A stretch of 63,149 nt of DNA, the filler included, from Olpidium bornovanus S191 (Eukaryota > Fungi > Olpidiomycota), in NCBI GenBank assembly GCA_017911155.1. It is 31 parts of 31 records of this genome, joined end to end, with 100 filler letters (N's around TTAATTAATTAA, not from the genome) between each part and the next. Parts side by side here need not be neighbours in the genome. Positions count along the whole stretch, not along the records: positions 12,122 to 14,001 come from JAEFCI010007557.1; positions 14,102 to 15,430 come from JAEFCI010005048.1; positions 15,531 to 17,065 come from JAEFCI010004342.1; positions 17,166 to 18,761 come from JAEFCI010010196.1; positions 18,862 to 20,066 come from JAEFCI010010018.1; positions 20,167 to 22,363 come from JAEFCI010006969.1; positions 22,464 to 23,758 come from JAEFCI010005359.1; positions 23,859 to 25,428 come from JAEFCI010012716.1; 23 more parts are not named here. One strand, given 5' to 3'. Positions 13,429 to 25,062 of the stretch are shown piece after piece. How positions within the stretch are numbered: the first letter of the stretch is position 1; each line of letters opens with the position of its first letter. The notes under the pieces are model-generated. The model was given only the letters and a program-made list of their open reading frames with translations, was not told the origin of the DNA and ran no database searches. A program made the translations under genes and the position numbers.

Positions 13429-13821
13429 ATGGCAGCCGCCCTGCAGGGCAGCTCCGCAAATCTCGCCGCAAACCGTTCCGTCGCCAACATCGTCGACGGC
13501 GCCGCCGGGGCAGCCGCAGTCGCCGCGGCGCCCGGCGCGCCGCCTGCCGGCCCCGGCGCCGCCGCCGCCGCAGCCGCCACCGCCGCGCAGACGGCCGACA
13601 AGAAGAAGGCCGGGGCCAGCACAAATTTCGTCGAGAAGAAACGGGGAACGCTCGACGTCCGCCACCGGTACCTCCTCGAGCGGTTCGCCGCCCTCGTCGA
13701 CGAGAAGCCCGCCGCCCTCGAGAATTCGCTGCTTCACGGGAACAAGCTGGACCTCGTCAACGCCTTCTTCGCCGAAGACGGCCCGCGGCGGATCCTGTTC
13801 TGCTGGCAGTCGCAGAACAAG
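13429..13821 (+). CDS. Axonemal dynein heavy chain (DNAH5/DNAH8, outer-arm gamma-like), first exon
   Basis: KKRGTLDVRHRYLLE...ENSLLHGNKLDLVNAFFAEDGPRRILFCWQ parallels the DNAH5 N-terminus (KLDGRHNYLF...[30 protein letters not shown]). Ends at a GTGCGT donor. Confidence 0.75.
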
Positions 13822-15530
13822 GTGCGTCGTGTGTGTGTGGTGTGTCGTGTGTCGTGTGAGAGTGTTGCGTGTGGGCGCGCGCGCGCGCGTGGGTGCGTGC
13901 AATGGAGAGAGAGATGGGAGAGAAATGAGAAGGCAGAGAGGGAGGAAGAAAAAACGACCGAAACGCACACCATTTACCCACGAAACCCCCCCCCCCCCAT
14001 GNNNNNNNNNNNNNNNNNNNNNNNNNNNNNNNNNNNNNNNNNNNNTTAATTAATTAANNNNNNNNNNNNNNNNNNNNNNNNNNNNNNNNNNNNNNNNNNN
14101 NCATGCGGGGGGAAGGACACTCCCCTGTCTTCCCCCCTTCCCCCGTCGCAGCCACTCGCGCACACAGACGCACGCCGCACGCGCCTCACCCGGCTGGCCC
14201 CCCTCACGCTGCCACCGCGGGCCCCTCGGGCCGCGGGGCTCAAACTCCGTCTCCGAGCAACCCGCGTTCACCAACGCCGCGCTTGCCCTTCGGGGCTTTA
14301 CCCTGCCGCCTGCGTGACGGCTTGAACCGCGGCAAACGGCAGCTGCGCTATCCGCCTGCGACTGCAAGGCGGGGGATGCTCGCGGAACTCGGCGTACGGC
14401 GACCCCGAACGGCCGCGGAGCCCGCAGTGGCGCGGAAGAGGCGGTCGGCCCGCGGCACACCCGCTGCCGGCCTGGCCTCCGGCTGCCCTTTGTCGCGCCG
14501 CAACACTCTGGCAAGCGGGCTGCAAGACGTCCGCGAGCTCGAACAATTCGTTTAAAAGCCCCACCGGAGCCCGCGGCGCTGACTGCGTTCCTCAGCAGGG
14601 CCGGAAATTCAGTATCCCCGAGTCTACGCTGAGATATTCGTCAAAGGCTTATGCACAAAGGGTCGCAGTGCGTGGTCGCCTGTAATCTTGGCGCAACGGT
14701 TCGCCAACGCGTTTTTGGACACCGGCACCAAGGTGAAAATCGCGGGGAGGGGGGCGGAAAAATTTGGCGAGGAGTACCTCGAGCTTCCCTCGCCGGCCAC
14801 AGGCAAACAGTCTTGCCAGGACTGTTAGACTTCCCTTGGTTTAAAGGCAAAGATAAATTGCCCGCAAGCGCTGTCGCGCAAACGATGCGGAGACAGGTTT
14901 TGCACCGTTTGATTGTATTCCGCTGAAGTCAGATGGGCTCGGAGTGTATTGCGCCGCCGTTTGCTCGGCCCTCCGCTCAAGGCCGTCCTCATTCTTAATT
15001 CAAGCGGGAGTCGATGGTGTTCACGTCGTTATAGGCACCAGTTCCTACCTTTGCGAGTGTTCTCACGGCAGAGATATCGACTGTATTATCAGCCAGTCGC
15101 CCAAGGTCGTTAACTTCATTAAGGCCCCGGACCTGGAAGTTCGCTCATCCAGCGAGGCTCCTACCGCAGCGACCTGGCGGACCTTCTGGAAGGTTACCGT
15201 CATATGTGCAAGGCGTGTTTGTTTCGTCAAACGGTAGGCGTGTAATCAATCGGCACCGTTCCTCCAGCTTGGCGTAGATCGCCCGGGGATTGCGGATACT
15301 GTAAGCTGCGCGAACCTCCGGGTGGCGTACAACTTTGTCTGCATCCTGCGCGGGGCGGCCTCCTGCGACTTTGAGTGACACTTTCGTAACGGTGCCGGCT
15401 GCGCCGTCGCTAATGCCTACGCGGCCCATGNNNNNNNNNNNNNNNNNNNNNNNNNNNNNNNNNNNNNNNNNNNNTTAATTAATTAANNNNNNNNNNNNNN
15501 NNNNNNNNNNNNNNNNNNNNNNNNNNNNNN

Positions 15531-16401
15531 CATGCTCCCGGAGCTGCTGCTCGATCTCGCGCTCTGCCCTCCGTTTGGCCAGTTTCTCCAACTCTTCCTG
15601 GCGTTTAGGCGTAACCGCGTAAGAAGGTTCGTCTCATCAGAGAAAGGCGGCTCGTCTGTGAAGTCCGCACCTTCGTCTCCTCCCGTCTCTCTCGTTCTCG
15701 TCTCGCCAGTTCCGCATCAGAAATGCCCAGCTTCTTATCGCGCTCACGTTTTTTGGCCCACACAAACTTCTGCCCAAGGTTGACGTCGTTAAACGGGTTG
15801 TTGTCATTGGTGGATGCAGACTGATCGTCCAGTTGGTCGTCGTTCTTGACGGACTTAACGAGGAAAGAGTTGGCGTGAGAAGAAAAAAAAAAGAGCTTCC
15901 TCCAAAAACCCCCGGGAGGAACACACGCTTTTCGCCGCTTTACGCCGCGATTTTCGGTCAGAAGTGTCCCGCTTCTTCGACCTGCGGCGGCGGGTGCGGT
16001 CAACGGATCACATCATTTTTGGCTGAAAGCGCGGGACCATTATACTGGGCGTTCCGAACGCACTTTTCTTTCCTCCTGCTGCTGCGATCATCCTCGGTCG
16101 AACCTGAGTCCTCGTCCCTCCGCTTCCTCCGCTTTGGCCGGCTTCGACCGTCGCTCTCGCTGCTGTCGACCGAACCGCGAGACTTGCTCCTCCTCCGACT
16201 CCGACACAGGCCTGGCGAACGACTCCTGCTGCGCGAGCTCCACCGCCGCCGATCCGGGTGCCTGGTGCGGTCGTCTCGAGTGCTCCGCGCACGCGGCTCG
16301 ACTGGACGTCTGCTGTGGTCGTCGCCTCGCCTCCGGCTAAGTGGGCTGCGGCTCCGGCCTGTGCGCGGCCTCGCGCCGTCGCTGTCTCCGCGCGGGGCCA
16401 T
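15531..16401 (-). CDS. CACTIN: Cactin (spliceosome-associated), N-terminal part, partial
   Basis: RS-rich N-terminus, then TNDNNPFNDVNLGQKFVWAKKRERD...ERERREETK|EELEKLAKRRAEREIEQQLREH, matching the cactin_mid region. Confidence 0.88.
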
Positions 16402-16812
16402 CGTCGGCGCTGTAGAATTTCAGTCTGAGCGAGGTTCTACTGTGTCTTGCGACGTAGAAAAACGTGTGAGCTGGCCCGAACACGCACCACGCTAGCGACG
16501 TATTTCTGTCTGCGTCGTACGAACGGAGAAACTTCTTCCTCTTTCACCGGTTCCTCGTGGGGAGTGGCGGCGGTTTACCCGTCAAGATCACGTGACATCA
16601 ACCGGCCCGGTGCAAAGTAAACATGTAGGAATCCTGGGTTGCGGACGTTCCGTTCCCCGCTCTTGGGGCTCCGTCCCCGACTCACAACACGTTATCGGCA
16701 CCAAACAGCTCGCCGCTGCGCTTCCCCACGAGAAGCTTCGGCCGCGTTGATCTTCCCTCCGCCGCTGCTTCCGCTTTCGCCGGCGGCAGCGTTTGTCACG
16801 CAGCACCCGCTC

Positions 16813-16848
<36 letters not shown>

Positions 16849-17165
16849 GGGGGGGGGGGGGGGGGGGAGGGGGAGATGGAAGTGGGCGGGAACGCTCATT
16901 CCCGCAGAGTTCCACTCCCCGGCAAAATGCCCGGCGTGCCCTACCATGGCGACCTTTCCAGGAAATTCCCGACATCCTGCAACGGGCACTTTGGCAGGCC
17001 AGAAACTTACCGCAACTGTTTTGAATTGCTTTCCTTCCGCCCATCCCCTGTCCGCCCATCTCGCGNNNNNNNNNNNNNNNNNNNNNNNNNNNNNNNNNNN
17101 NNNNNNNNNTTAATTAATTAANNNNNNNNNNNNNNNNNNNNNNNNNNNNNNNNNNNNNNNNNNNN

Positions 17166-18350
17166 CATGACCCAAGGTCTTTTTGACATCGCTAAAATCT
17201 TTGGGGTTCACCTAATCAAAAGTGCACAAAACCGGTGAAACATTAGCACGAAACTTCCGTACGCAATACCACCACCAATTTGGGGGGAAGTCGGACGAAG
17301 CTTACGACTCGAAGATCTCTGGCAAGCTCGTGCATCCCGGATGCAGTCTTCGTTCTGGCAGCGTACAATTTCAAACGGCGCCCGGCCTCAAATTCAGGCT
17401 TCACACACGTCGAAGGTATCATGTTGGGAGCAAAAGCTAGTAGGAATGGTATGGCCTGAAAAGCGAATTTTGATCAGGACGGAAATAAGCGGTAAAGTGA
17501 CCAAGCAGTTGGCGACTCTCACCTCCGGTGCGAGCAGCGCAAGAACAGCAAACGGATATACTCGACGTTTATCTTTAGCGGCTTGGTAAACCTTAAACGC
17601 GTGAGGGCAGGCCGTGAGAACGTAGGATTCGCGACCGGGAACAGGGCTCGAATGCAATTCTGCCAACCAAGCCGAACTCGGCTCTGCTCCACTGCTTCGG
17701 ACCCTTTCGCCGGAGCGCCGCGGCCGCGCGGTCGTTCTCATAGACGCGGACGAGACCTCTCCAGTAGAACCGTGCCGTCTACTTTACCAGCCGGGTCGCC
17801 GTCTGTTAGCGTTGGTCAACATTTTTCCGACAGCTTCAAACACGCCTTCCGCGCATTCCCCATCCACCTGTTTGACGGACTGCCACAGCCCTTGCCCTTC
17901 GTGGCCCTTCAAGGTGTCCAGATCAAACGCGTTGGCTATGCTCCCGTAACCCTGTAGCCGTGCGGTGAAGACGTCGTCGGTCTGGAGAAGCGGCTGCGGA
18001 ATCGTCTCCTGGTGTTGGGCAGACTGCCGTTCTTGCTCTCTCACAGCGTCGGAGGAGGCGTGCTTCGCGAGAGAGAATCGCTCGGTGCCGCGCCGGAGAC
18101 TCCTCAGGGCTGGGGTGCGTTCCAAGCAAGAGGCGGGCGGCCACTGGGTTGAACACGTCGGGTTTGTCGCGGAATGCGAGCATGGCGCAGCGGGCGAGGG
18201 CCAGGTGACGCAGCCGCGGACGCCGGCGGCGGTGGAGCCTCGGGGGACCACGAGCGCAGCAGGGAGAAAGGCGGCCGAGCAGCCGCCGGCGCGGGACCTC
18301 CTCGGCAAGGAGGCCAGCGGGCGGCCACCAAGCGCGGAAACGGCGGGCAT
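17166..18350 (-). CDS. Unidentified spliced protein-coding gene, partial
   Basis: Phase-consistent exons: ...LQGYGSIANAFDLDTLKG...RRPGW|FTKPLKINVEYIRLLFLRCSHR|SFAPNMIPSTCVKPEFEAGRRLKLY...LARDLRV|VNPKDFSDVKKTLGH, with GT-AG boundaries. Arg-rich N-terminus could be a mitochondrial presequence (inference). Confidence 0.55.
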
Positions 18351-21300
18351 GCGAGAGGGCGGCGGCAGACGCAGCAGCGTTGCGTGGGGAGGGCCAAAAC
18401 AACGAGGCGGGCGGGCGCGCGCCTGCGGACGGGCAAGTTTCTGCGCCGCGAATGGCGAAAGGCGAAAGGCAGGGGGGGATTTTTACGGCGCACGCACGCC
18501 CTTTCCGCCCACCACCGCCTGTTTCGGTTTTTCCTCCAGGAACAACCCCCGCCCCTGTGTAAAATATGCCGTTGTAGACTCCGCCCGGCGTCCCCAAAAA
18601 AAAACAAAACAAAAGGAAAACACAATACAGTCGTCCCTCTCATGCTTTATATCCCAATACTTAATAACCTCTGCTACTTTATACATTTCGGCTTCCACCG
18701 ACATTGTTCTATGGCCGATACTTTATAATTAACAACTTATAAGAAAATGGGGCTTATAAGANNNNNNNNNNNNNNNNNNNNNNNNNNNNNNNNNNNNNNN
18801 NNNNNTTAATTAATTAANNNNNNNNNNNNNNNNNNNNNNNNNNNNNNNNNNNNNNNNNNNNCATGGGCAGACAGCGAAAAGGAAATTTTTGGATGCGCGG
18901 TAAGGAACTGACATTCGCGGGAATATCGCCAGAGAACGACTTCGCACAGTCAGCGATTACGGTGAAAACGACCAAGTGCCCGATTTCCTGTGAATTGCCG
19001 AGATAGTCGAAATCCCACGATAAGAACGACTCCTAAAAGCGGTGTTTGTTTGATTAACGGTGTTGAGATACGAGATACGAAATTAAACCAGCGAAGCGCG
19101 ACAAATAAAGCGTGGTATGTGTCTGACGGCAGTTGAAAGCAAAAGCGAGAAATCTACAACACCGGGGACGACCGCCGGGGACGACTTACAACCCGGGGAC
19201 GACTTGCACCCCGGAGACGACCGGGTCGTCCGAGGACAGACACAAGCATCCCGATCAGGGGCGCCAAAATTCAGCGAACGCGGCGAGCGCCATGTCGTAG
19301 CCCATGCAATATGTGGAATACGTGGCCATGACAAAACGATCGCGCATTGTTAGTTGTGCTCATGCAGTTCTCTGTGGCAGTATGCCGAGAAACGGCTGAT
19401 TGAACAGGAAATGGCGAAGACTAGGGAACGTTTACACGACAGCGACTTTGACGCAGAACTATCAAAATGCGGGCGGAGGCCGGAAAACGGGGGGCGGGGG
19501 GGGGGGAGGAGAAGGGGAGGGGAGGGAAGCGGGGGAGGATGGGAGGAGGGAGGGGAGAGAAAAATTATTTCAAATAAAGAAAAAAAAATTGAAATCCAGC
19601 AAGCATAACCAGACGTAGACTCGCGTATTCTTGTGCGGACGGAACAGTGCGTAGAGGGCGGAAAGGAGATTCGACAAGGCGATAATGCCGCTGCAGGCGG
19701 CGATCACGTAGCGTTCAACGGGGTCGACAAGAAAAGTTCCAATTCAAAGAGTTATCGATACGGCCGAAACCGGTATATGTCAATGTTCCAAGTAGCCGAA
19801 AAACAGTGTCCAGGTCAAACCTGTGACAGAAAAATTTTGCCCGTGGACGCGTTAGTCAAGCTTGGCCGATTGAAGAGGATTACGGCAATCGTTGACTCCT
19901 ACCGGAATCATTGTGCGACCAAAGAATGTTCCCAAAACATTGGGCCATGTTGTAGTTGACAAAAAAAAAGAAATGGGAATTTCGGATATGCTGCCAAAAA
20001 AAACAACAAAGAATAACCCGAACTTCGCAATAAAATTGAAGAAAAGAAAGTATCCCGCAAATCAGCNNNNNNNNNNNNNNNNNNNNNNNNNNNNNNNNNN
20101 NNNNNNNNNNTTAATTAATTAANNNNNNNNNNNNNNNNNNNNNNNNNNNNNNNNNNNNNNNNNNNNCATGAGGTATTGGTCATTGCGAATCATATGGTCT
20201 GTAGCGCCGGAACCGATCAGGAAGGGTTCGACAGCTGATGTCGCTACATTCACGCGAGCTGGCTGGCAGTCAGCTTCAGCTGTCTCCATCACTGCCGGCG
20301 CGGCTGCAGCTCTCTCCTGTTGGCATTCCTTCACAATCGGGCAGTCTTGATGGCAATGGTTGCTCTGTTGGCAGATGTCGCATGGGTATGCCGCAGCCTT
20401 CTCGTTGCCTGCAGTGTTCTTGTGCCCTCTGCATGCATCATTGGTGCGCCCTCTGCCTACATGGCCTCTACAGCTGGGTCCGCAACATCCGCGTCCTCGG
20501 CCCCAGTTGCCATTTGCCGAGTTGACTTGAAATGACAGTTCGGATCGCTTCTGCAGGCCGCGGCAGTGCATTCGGGCGGCCTCCTGTGTCGAGTCGAGGT
20601 CTTCACGGGCGGTTGCGTCAGCGAGTACGAGGTCCATGATGCGACCATGGAGATTCTCAAAATATTGATCCAGGATCATGCTATCGCTTATGTCCTCGAC
20701 AAGGAGTGCAAGGCCGTTAAATGCAGTGTTGAAGTTTTTCACAGAATCAAAATCTCTCAATTTGCTTGCACAGAGAGCTCGCCATGCTTCCTTGCGTGCC
20801 TGTTTGAGATGAATTTACTCTTTAAAGCTTCCTTCAGTTCTGACCATGTAGAAATTCAATCAGGGTCACCATAAACATGAGTTTTGTTGTGCTTCAGCCA
20901 GAATATGGCCACCTCGCCGACCAGCTTGCCAACGACGACGTCAACTTCCACAGTGTCGTCGATATTCACAGCACGGAAATAATTGTCGACTTTGAGGATG
21001 AATCTTTCCAGTTTCAAAGTGCCTCCGCTGCCATCATATTTCGGTATGCTGTTGAGGAGGCTCTTGAGCGCGTCAGTCGTGGAACGAGTATTCCGCCCTT
21101 CCGGTCGTGACCGAAAGTTGGAGCGAGAACTGGAGGAAGAGTATGAACGGCCTCAGTGATACTCGTGGTCGCTTCGTTGCGATCTTCTGTCGGGTTCGTG
21201 GACGATGAGAAATTCGAGAACGGTAGGTAGTATCGCCGCGACGATTTGTTAAAGTGCGGCAGCATCGATCGGAGCGTTGGGGGGTTTTTGGTCTTGGTCG

Positions 21301-21639
21301 TTGCTGCCGTTTGTGTCATTATTATTGTCAGTGATGAGCCCTCGCGTGCTGCTGGCACGTGCTTTCTCCTGAACCTGCTGCTGGAGGTGTTCGTTTTCGG
21401 TTTCTCCCTCTCGTCTGAGGGGAGGAGGCGAACGTCCGAGTGGCATGGTGGTGGAGAAAAAGCAAGTACGAGAATATAGTGAACGACTAAACATGGTAAC
21501 TTCGTATGTAGCACTTGTTCACTCTTTGGCACGGGACAGCACTTGCCGGCGGCCCCATGTCCTTCTCAAAGGATGACGGGGGCTAAAAGGGTCTTGCTTT
21601 AGGTTTGATTTCTTTAGTTCCGCGACGGCGCGGATCGTT

Positions 21640-22150
21640 CGGCGGTGAGCGCGGTGAGTCTCCTCCGGGCTGACGGCGGAGGCGCGGTGAGTCCTCTCCG
21701 GGGTGACGGGGGAGGCGCGGTGAGTCCTCCGGGATGACGGCGGAAGGCGTTACGCTCAGCCCTCTTTGGGCTCACGGAGGCGGTGAGTCCTCGCAGCGGC
21801 GACGGCGGAGGGGGTGAGTCCTCACGCGTCGCGGACGGCGCGCGGCGGCGCTGTGAGTCCTCTTCGCGGAAAGGCGGGGGAGGCGCGGTGAGTCCTCTTC
21901 GCGGGAAAGCGCGGAGAGTCCTCTTCGCGGGAAGGCGGGGGAGGCGGTGAGTCGGCGGGGGAGGCGGTGAGTCGGCGGGGGAGGCGCGGTGAGCTCTCTC
22001 TTCGCGGGAAGGCGGGGGAGGCGTGGTGAGTCCTCACGCGCCGCGGATGGCGCGTGGCGGTGGAGACGGCGGAGGCGGTGAGTCCTCACGCGTCGCAGAA
22101 GGCGCGCGGCGGAGGCGGAACGGCGGCGGAGGCGGTGAGTCCTCACGTCC
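21640..22150. repeat. GC-rich minisatellite with core GGAGGCG(CG)GTGAGTCCTC
   Basis: About 12 exact GTGAGTC cores plus variants at irregular 20-60 bp spacing, between the PBS and gag. Confidence 0.9.
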
Positions 22151-22152
22151 TT

Positions 22153-22164
22153 GGGCTCATAACC
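22153..22164 (-). promoter_or_regulatory. Copia-type primer-binding site (initiator tRNA-Met half-molecule type)
   Basis: GGTTATGAGCCC resembles the Drosophila copia PBS GGTTATGGGCCC. It follows a candidate LTR end TTTTGACT and an AATAAA about 30 nt upstream. Confidence 0.8.
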
Positions 22165-22463
22165 AGTCAAAAGAAGTTCGCGCTCTTCTTTTATTGTGTA
22201 TGAGAGTTCGTGGGGAGGAGAGAAGAGCACAGCGCTGGGCGTAACAACACTTGATAAATTAATTTTAAGTTTTTACGGGTGCAGTTGCGCTAGCAGATAT
22301 GCGAAAACCTTAGTGGAAGTGGTCACTGCACCAAACTGTACCGAGTTTGCTCGAAGGACATGANNNNNNNNNNNNNNNNNNNNNNNNNNNNNNNNNNNNN
22401 NNNNNNNTTAATTAATTAANNNNNNNNNNNNNNNNNNNNNNNNNNNNNNNNNNNNNNNNNNNN

Positions 22464-23758
22464 CATGCATTGCTTGGCCACTTTCTGGGGCCCAATGGCC
22501 CCACCCAATACGGGTTTCTGCGCAGTGCAGAGCGTGCGCAATGAAACAGTAAGTCGTCAATTTTATTTTTTTTCTGGGGGGGGGGTTGTGGAGGAGGGGG
22601 AGTCTTGTTTTCTCCGTCTGTTACTGACTGCCGCGCCCGGCGCCCACGCAGTCAAATTTTCGCATATCCGCAACGGGTGTCGTTCTTGACATCGACCACT
22701 CGGTGCAGGTGGTGAAGAAACTCAAGCTTACGGGTATACCATCCAAGATTTTCCGAAACACTGCGTTCATCAAGAACATGTTTACGTCCAGCCTTGAGGT
22801 TGCGAAGTTTGAAGGGGCTAATATCCGCACTGTCTCTGGCATCCGTGGTCAGGTTAAGAAGGCTCTGTCGGTATGTTGATTGAAGCGTTCGTTACACTGA
22901 GACCCTCCCGCAATCACTCATGCTTGTAATCATGCCAACGGCTTTTGACGCCACCCTCATCTTGGTGATTGCAGAAACCGGAAGGTCACTTCAGAGCGAC
23001 GTTCGAAGACAAGATCTTAATGAGCGGTATGTAATGTTTTGCGAGTCGTTTTGTCAGTAACATCCAGGGTACTAATTGCCTTGCGGCCTCGCAAATAGAT
23101 ATTGTTTTTTTAAGGGCATGGTACCCGGTGAAGCCTCGGAAGTTCTACAATCCCGTCACGTCACTGCTGCTCTCGTCGAAGGTTGAGTGGCAGGGTCTGA
23201 GGTTAACCGGTGAAGTCCGTCGCCAACGGAGCCTTCCAACACCGATGAACCCTGATTCTGCATACAAGGTAAGGAAATCCCGCGCCCCAGCGCCTAGTCA
23301 TCCTCGTTTTGTTTGCAGGGTGGTCTTCAGATGCCTGTGCTGTCTGACAATCTATTCTCACACCGTTTTTTTTTGTGCCAGCCCGTCGAGCGGTCGGTCC
23401 GACGATTCAACCCGCTCCGGATACCAAAGTCCCTCCAGGCGGCGCTCCCGTACAAATCCAAGCCCAAGGATGCGGCGAAGCGGAAGAACCCGGGCCTGCT
23501 GGAGAAGCGGGCCGTCGTGATGGACGCGAAAGAGCGGAAGATCGCGAGCCTTCTGCAGGCCGTGAGGACCCTGCGCAGCGAAAAGGTGAAGAAGAGGAAG
23601 GTGAAGAAGGCGGAGCAGCGCGAGGCCGCGCTGAAGAAGAAGGCCAGAGCCGAAGAGGCTAGGGGCGCAAAGGAGAAGGAGAGGAGAAAGGAGTACTTCC
23701 GCAAAGAGGGACGGAACGCCAAAAGCGACAAGCCGGTGGTCAAGAGGATGAAAACATG
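22464..23758 (+). CDS. BMS1: Ribosome biogenesis GTPase Bms1, C-terminal part
   Basis: [10 protein letters not shown]...|[63 protein letters not shown]|[17 protein letters not shown]|[11 protein letters not shown]...[23 protein letters not shown]. Confidence 0.97.
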
Positions 23759-24347
23759 NNNNNNNNNNNNNNNNNNNNNNNNNNNNNNNNNNNNNNNNNN
23801 NNTTAATTAATTAANNNNNNNNNNNNNNNNNNNNNNNNNNNNNNNNNNNNNNNNNNNNACGGGAATCCCTTCAGCCTGGTGAGGTTCTGTTCCTGCGAGT
23901 GGAACGACAGAGAAGGCTTTTGGGGCGGCGAAGGAGAGAGAGATGGGGCCGGCGGGGCGGGGGGGGGGGGGGGGGGGGGGGGGGGAGGGGGCCGCGCTTT
24001 TCTCCGATTGGCTCCCGCCGTCGCTCCGGGGGCCTCACTCGCCCCGGACTAGACGCCGCGGCGTGAAAGAGAAGAGAAGACCGAGAGGGAGAGACAGAAT
24101 GCGAAAATACTACAGAGAGCAGAAGCAGAAGCAGAAGCAGAGCAGAAAACAGAGCAGAGAGAGAGATAGAGAGAGGTCGGGCTTCCTGTCCCCCCGCTTC
24201 ATTCCGTGCACGCAACCCATTGGTTTTTCCCCGGTGAGCCCAATTCCATCTTGTCCCGTGTCGGCCGCGCCGACAACTCTGCACTTCCCCCCTCTTCCTA
24301 ACCCTTTAGAAGAAACAAAACCCCACACAGCACACCAACCCCGCGTC

Positions 24348-24389
<42 letters not shown>

Positions 24390-24427
24390 ACCCCCCCCCC
24401 CACCGCCCCCCCCCCCCCCCCCCCCCC

Positions 24428-24462
<35 letters not shown>

Positions 24463-24506
24463 CGCCCCCCCCCCCTCCCCCCCCCTCCCTCCGCACCCCC
24501 CCACAG

Positions 24507-25062
24507 ATGACAGGCGGACTAGCGAAGCGCCTTTGCAAGCCGCTGGCGGCCGTGACGCATCTCATCCTCCTCGCCGCCTCGGGCGCGCGATCGCAGGTTC
24601 CCCACCGGGCGGCTGCGCCGTCCGCCGTCGCCGCCGCCACCCCGCGGGCGCGGGTTTACGCCGACCCCGCCGCCGCGCCCGCGCCGGCCGCCCCTCCGAA
24701 CGCGTGGTCGTCCCGCGGGGCGGCGGCGGCGCCGCCGCTGCGGACCGTCGACGCGGCGCTGTGCAAGCCCTTCCTGGTCGAGGGCTTGTTCGTCTCCGGA
24801 TGCACCGAGATCGACTCGCCGCGCGGCGCCGAGCCGTGGTGCGCCGTCGGGAACGAGAGGGTCCTCTGCGACAGGCGCTCCATCCCCGCGCGGAGCGCCC
24901 GCCTGCCGGACGGGTCCGGCGACCCGGTACCCTGCGACCCCTCCACCGTCGTCGCCGGCCGCGGCGCCGTGTACGGGTGCTTCGCGACCGAAGACGGCTC
25001 CCCCGTGATGTGCAAGAGCGGAAAGCGGGGGCTGCTGCCGTGCATAAGTTTGAAAGCGCAAG
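24507..25062 (+). CDS. Putative secreted protein with two fibronectin type II-like 4-Cys modules, first exon(s)
   Basis: Hydrophobic leader (LAAVTHLILLAASGA), Ala/Pro linker, RTVDAALCKPFLVEG..VSGCT...EPWC..C, a second degenerate 4-Cys module, then a GTGAGA donor. Confidence 0.5.

Larger units (their letters stand above)
20167..22249 (-). mobile_element. Decayed Ty1/copia-type LTR retrotransposon, 5' half (LTR end, PBS, repeat leader, gag, zinc knuckle, protease)
   Basis: PBS GGTTATGAGCCC at 22164-22153. gag IPKYDG...LERF...YF...KLVGEVAIFW...TWSELKEAL..KF carries 3 stops (21249, 21153, 20856) and a frameshift near 20800. CCHC knuckle CDICQQSNHCHQDC. Protease FLIGSGATDHM (copia DSGATxHM with catalytic D changed to G). 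Confidence 0.88.

Noticed and set aside
19620-19830. Minus-strand hydrophobic frame that reads well if TGA = Trp (LTWTLFFGYLEH*HIPVSAVSITL*IGTFLVDP...)
   Set aside because: It is probably the antisense shadow of a plus-strand exon (19633-19959). Recognised genes in the window use standard TGA stops, so there is no evidence of an alternative genetic code.
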